A stretch of DNA of 64,000 nt, from IMG/VR virus record IMGVR_UViG_3300027759_000044, one strand, 5' to 3'. Within the stretch, counting starts at the first letter, position 1. Each line of letters begins with the position of its first letter. This DNA is from a virus. Taxonomy: Duplodnaviria; Caudoviricetes. Below are positions 63,311 through 64,000 of this stretch, piece by piece. The position numbers were made by a program, and so were the translations under genes. Below the pieces are notes generated by a model. It had not been told where the DNA came from, ran no database searches, and worked only from the letters and a program-made list of their open reading frames with translations.

Positions 63311-64000
63311 ATGAAAACTTTAGTTATTATGCCAGGAGGCTTTCATCCATTTCATGCCGGACACGCATCGTTATATCAAGACGCGGTAAAGGCATTTCCC
63401 GGCGCTGATGTATATGTAACCGCTAGCAATGACACTAGTGAAAGATCCTTCCCCTTCGCAATTAAAGAAAAACTAGCAAGAGTTGCAGGCGTACCAGCCG
63501 GACATTTTGTTCAAGTTACCAGTCCTTTTAGTTCAGAAGAAATAACTAGTAGATATGATCCCGATGATACAATATTAATTTTTGTAAAGAGTGAGAAAAA
63601 TTCTAAAAATGGTTCCGACCCTGAAGGTCCGTTCCCAGCAGAAGTTGATCCTGCTACGGGAAAATTACCTCTTGCTAAAAGAGGTAAAAGAAAAGGACTA
63701 CCGGTAAGTGATACATTAAAGTATTATGCCGGTAATGAAAAAAATCTGCAACCTATGAGTAGTAATAGATATATCGCATATTTACCAACTGTGCCGTTTG
63801 GTCCTGGTATTAAGAGTGGAAGCGAGTTCCGTGCATTATGGGATAAATTTACTAAAGTATTATTAAATCCAAAATCAACTCCTGAACAAAAAGCTAAAGC
63901 AACAGAACTTAAAAAAGAATTTGTTACAAATATGTATCCCTCCACCCAATCAAATCCTAGATTAGCTGTCAATGTAGTTAAACTTATGGATAAAGGTATG
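63311..64000 (+). CDS. HxGH (cytidylyltransferase-like) nucleotidyltransferase, truncated by the window end
   Basis: Open from ATG 63311 to the end; GGFHPFHAGH and KSGSEFR motifs. Confidence 0.8.
   Translation, partial: MKTLVIMPGGFHPFHAGHASLYQDAVKAFPGADVYVTASNDTSERSFPFAIKEKLARVAGVPAGHFVQVTSPFSSEEITSRYDPDDTILIFVKSEKNSKNGSDPEGPFPAEVDPATGKLPLAKRGKRKGLPVSDTLKYYAGNEKNLQPMSSNRYIAYLPTVPFGPGIKSGSEFRALWDKFTKVLLNPKSTPEQKAKATELKKEFVTNMYPSTQSNPRLAVNVVKLMDKGM

Noticed and set aside
691-63972. The many short antisense or out-of-frame ORFs in the track (e.g. 8522-8893, 15002-15409, 46046-46522, 52386-52952, 59807-60286)
   Set aside because: They lie within strong genes, lack RBS or promoters and motifs, and are explained as codon-bias shadows.
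1-64000. Stop-codon reassignment, tRNA genes, rRNA, CRISPR arrays, IS elements, integrase
   Set aside because: Genes are full length and densely packed under the standard code; no cloverleaf, repeat-spacer array or transposase/integrase motif was recognised by eye.

Overview
A 64-kb segment of an AT-rich, T4-related large (jumbo-type) myophage, read with the standard genetic code. It holds recombination and replication genes (gp32 SSB, UvsX, UvsY, UvsW, primase, gp41 helicase, gp44/gp62 clamp loader, DexA-like and PD-(D/E)XK exonucleases), nucleotide-pool enzymes (MazG, dNMP kinase, Nudix), neck, tail and baseplate genes (gp13, gp14, gp15, gp18, gp19, gp4, fibres), lysis genes (GH19, holins) and host-like auxiliaries (IscA, PhoH, GroES, DnaJ, ClpA). 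No tRNA, rRNA, CRISPR array, integrase, transposase or reverse transcriptase was seen. The best candidate for a new system is a miniature, split, intein-free DnaE (family C polymerase). One half (52993-53499) ends just after the GRGS...EFL motif. The other (13530-14093) begins at the catalytic DIDID, lacks the thumb, and is translationally coupled to a DEDDh exonuclease. Other highlights: two accessory genes (a HAD phosphatase and a GT32 glycosyltransferase), each bracketed by a duplicated 3' end of the upstream gene; a coupled array of five small genes sharing a C-terminal motif; three promoter classes; a candidate gene-32-type pseudoknot; a three-hairpin late leader; and several putative capsid-packaged proteins (a ligase-like protein, ParB-like, RyR-like and an 800-aa polyprotein). 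All family assignments come from motif recognition by eye. No database search was run.
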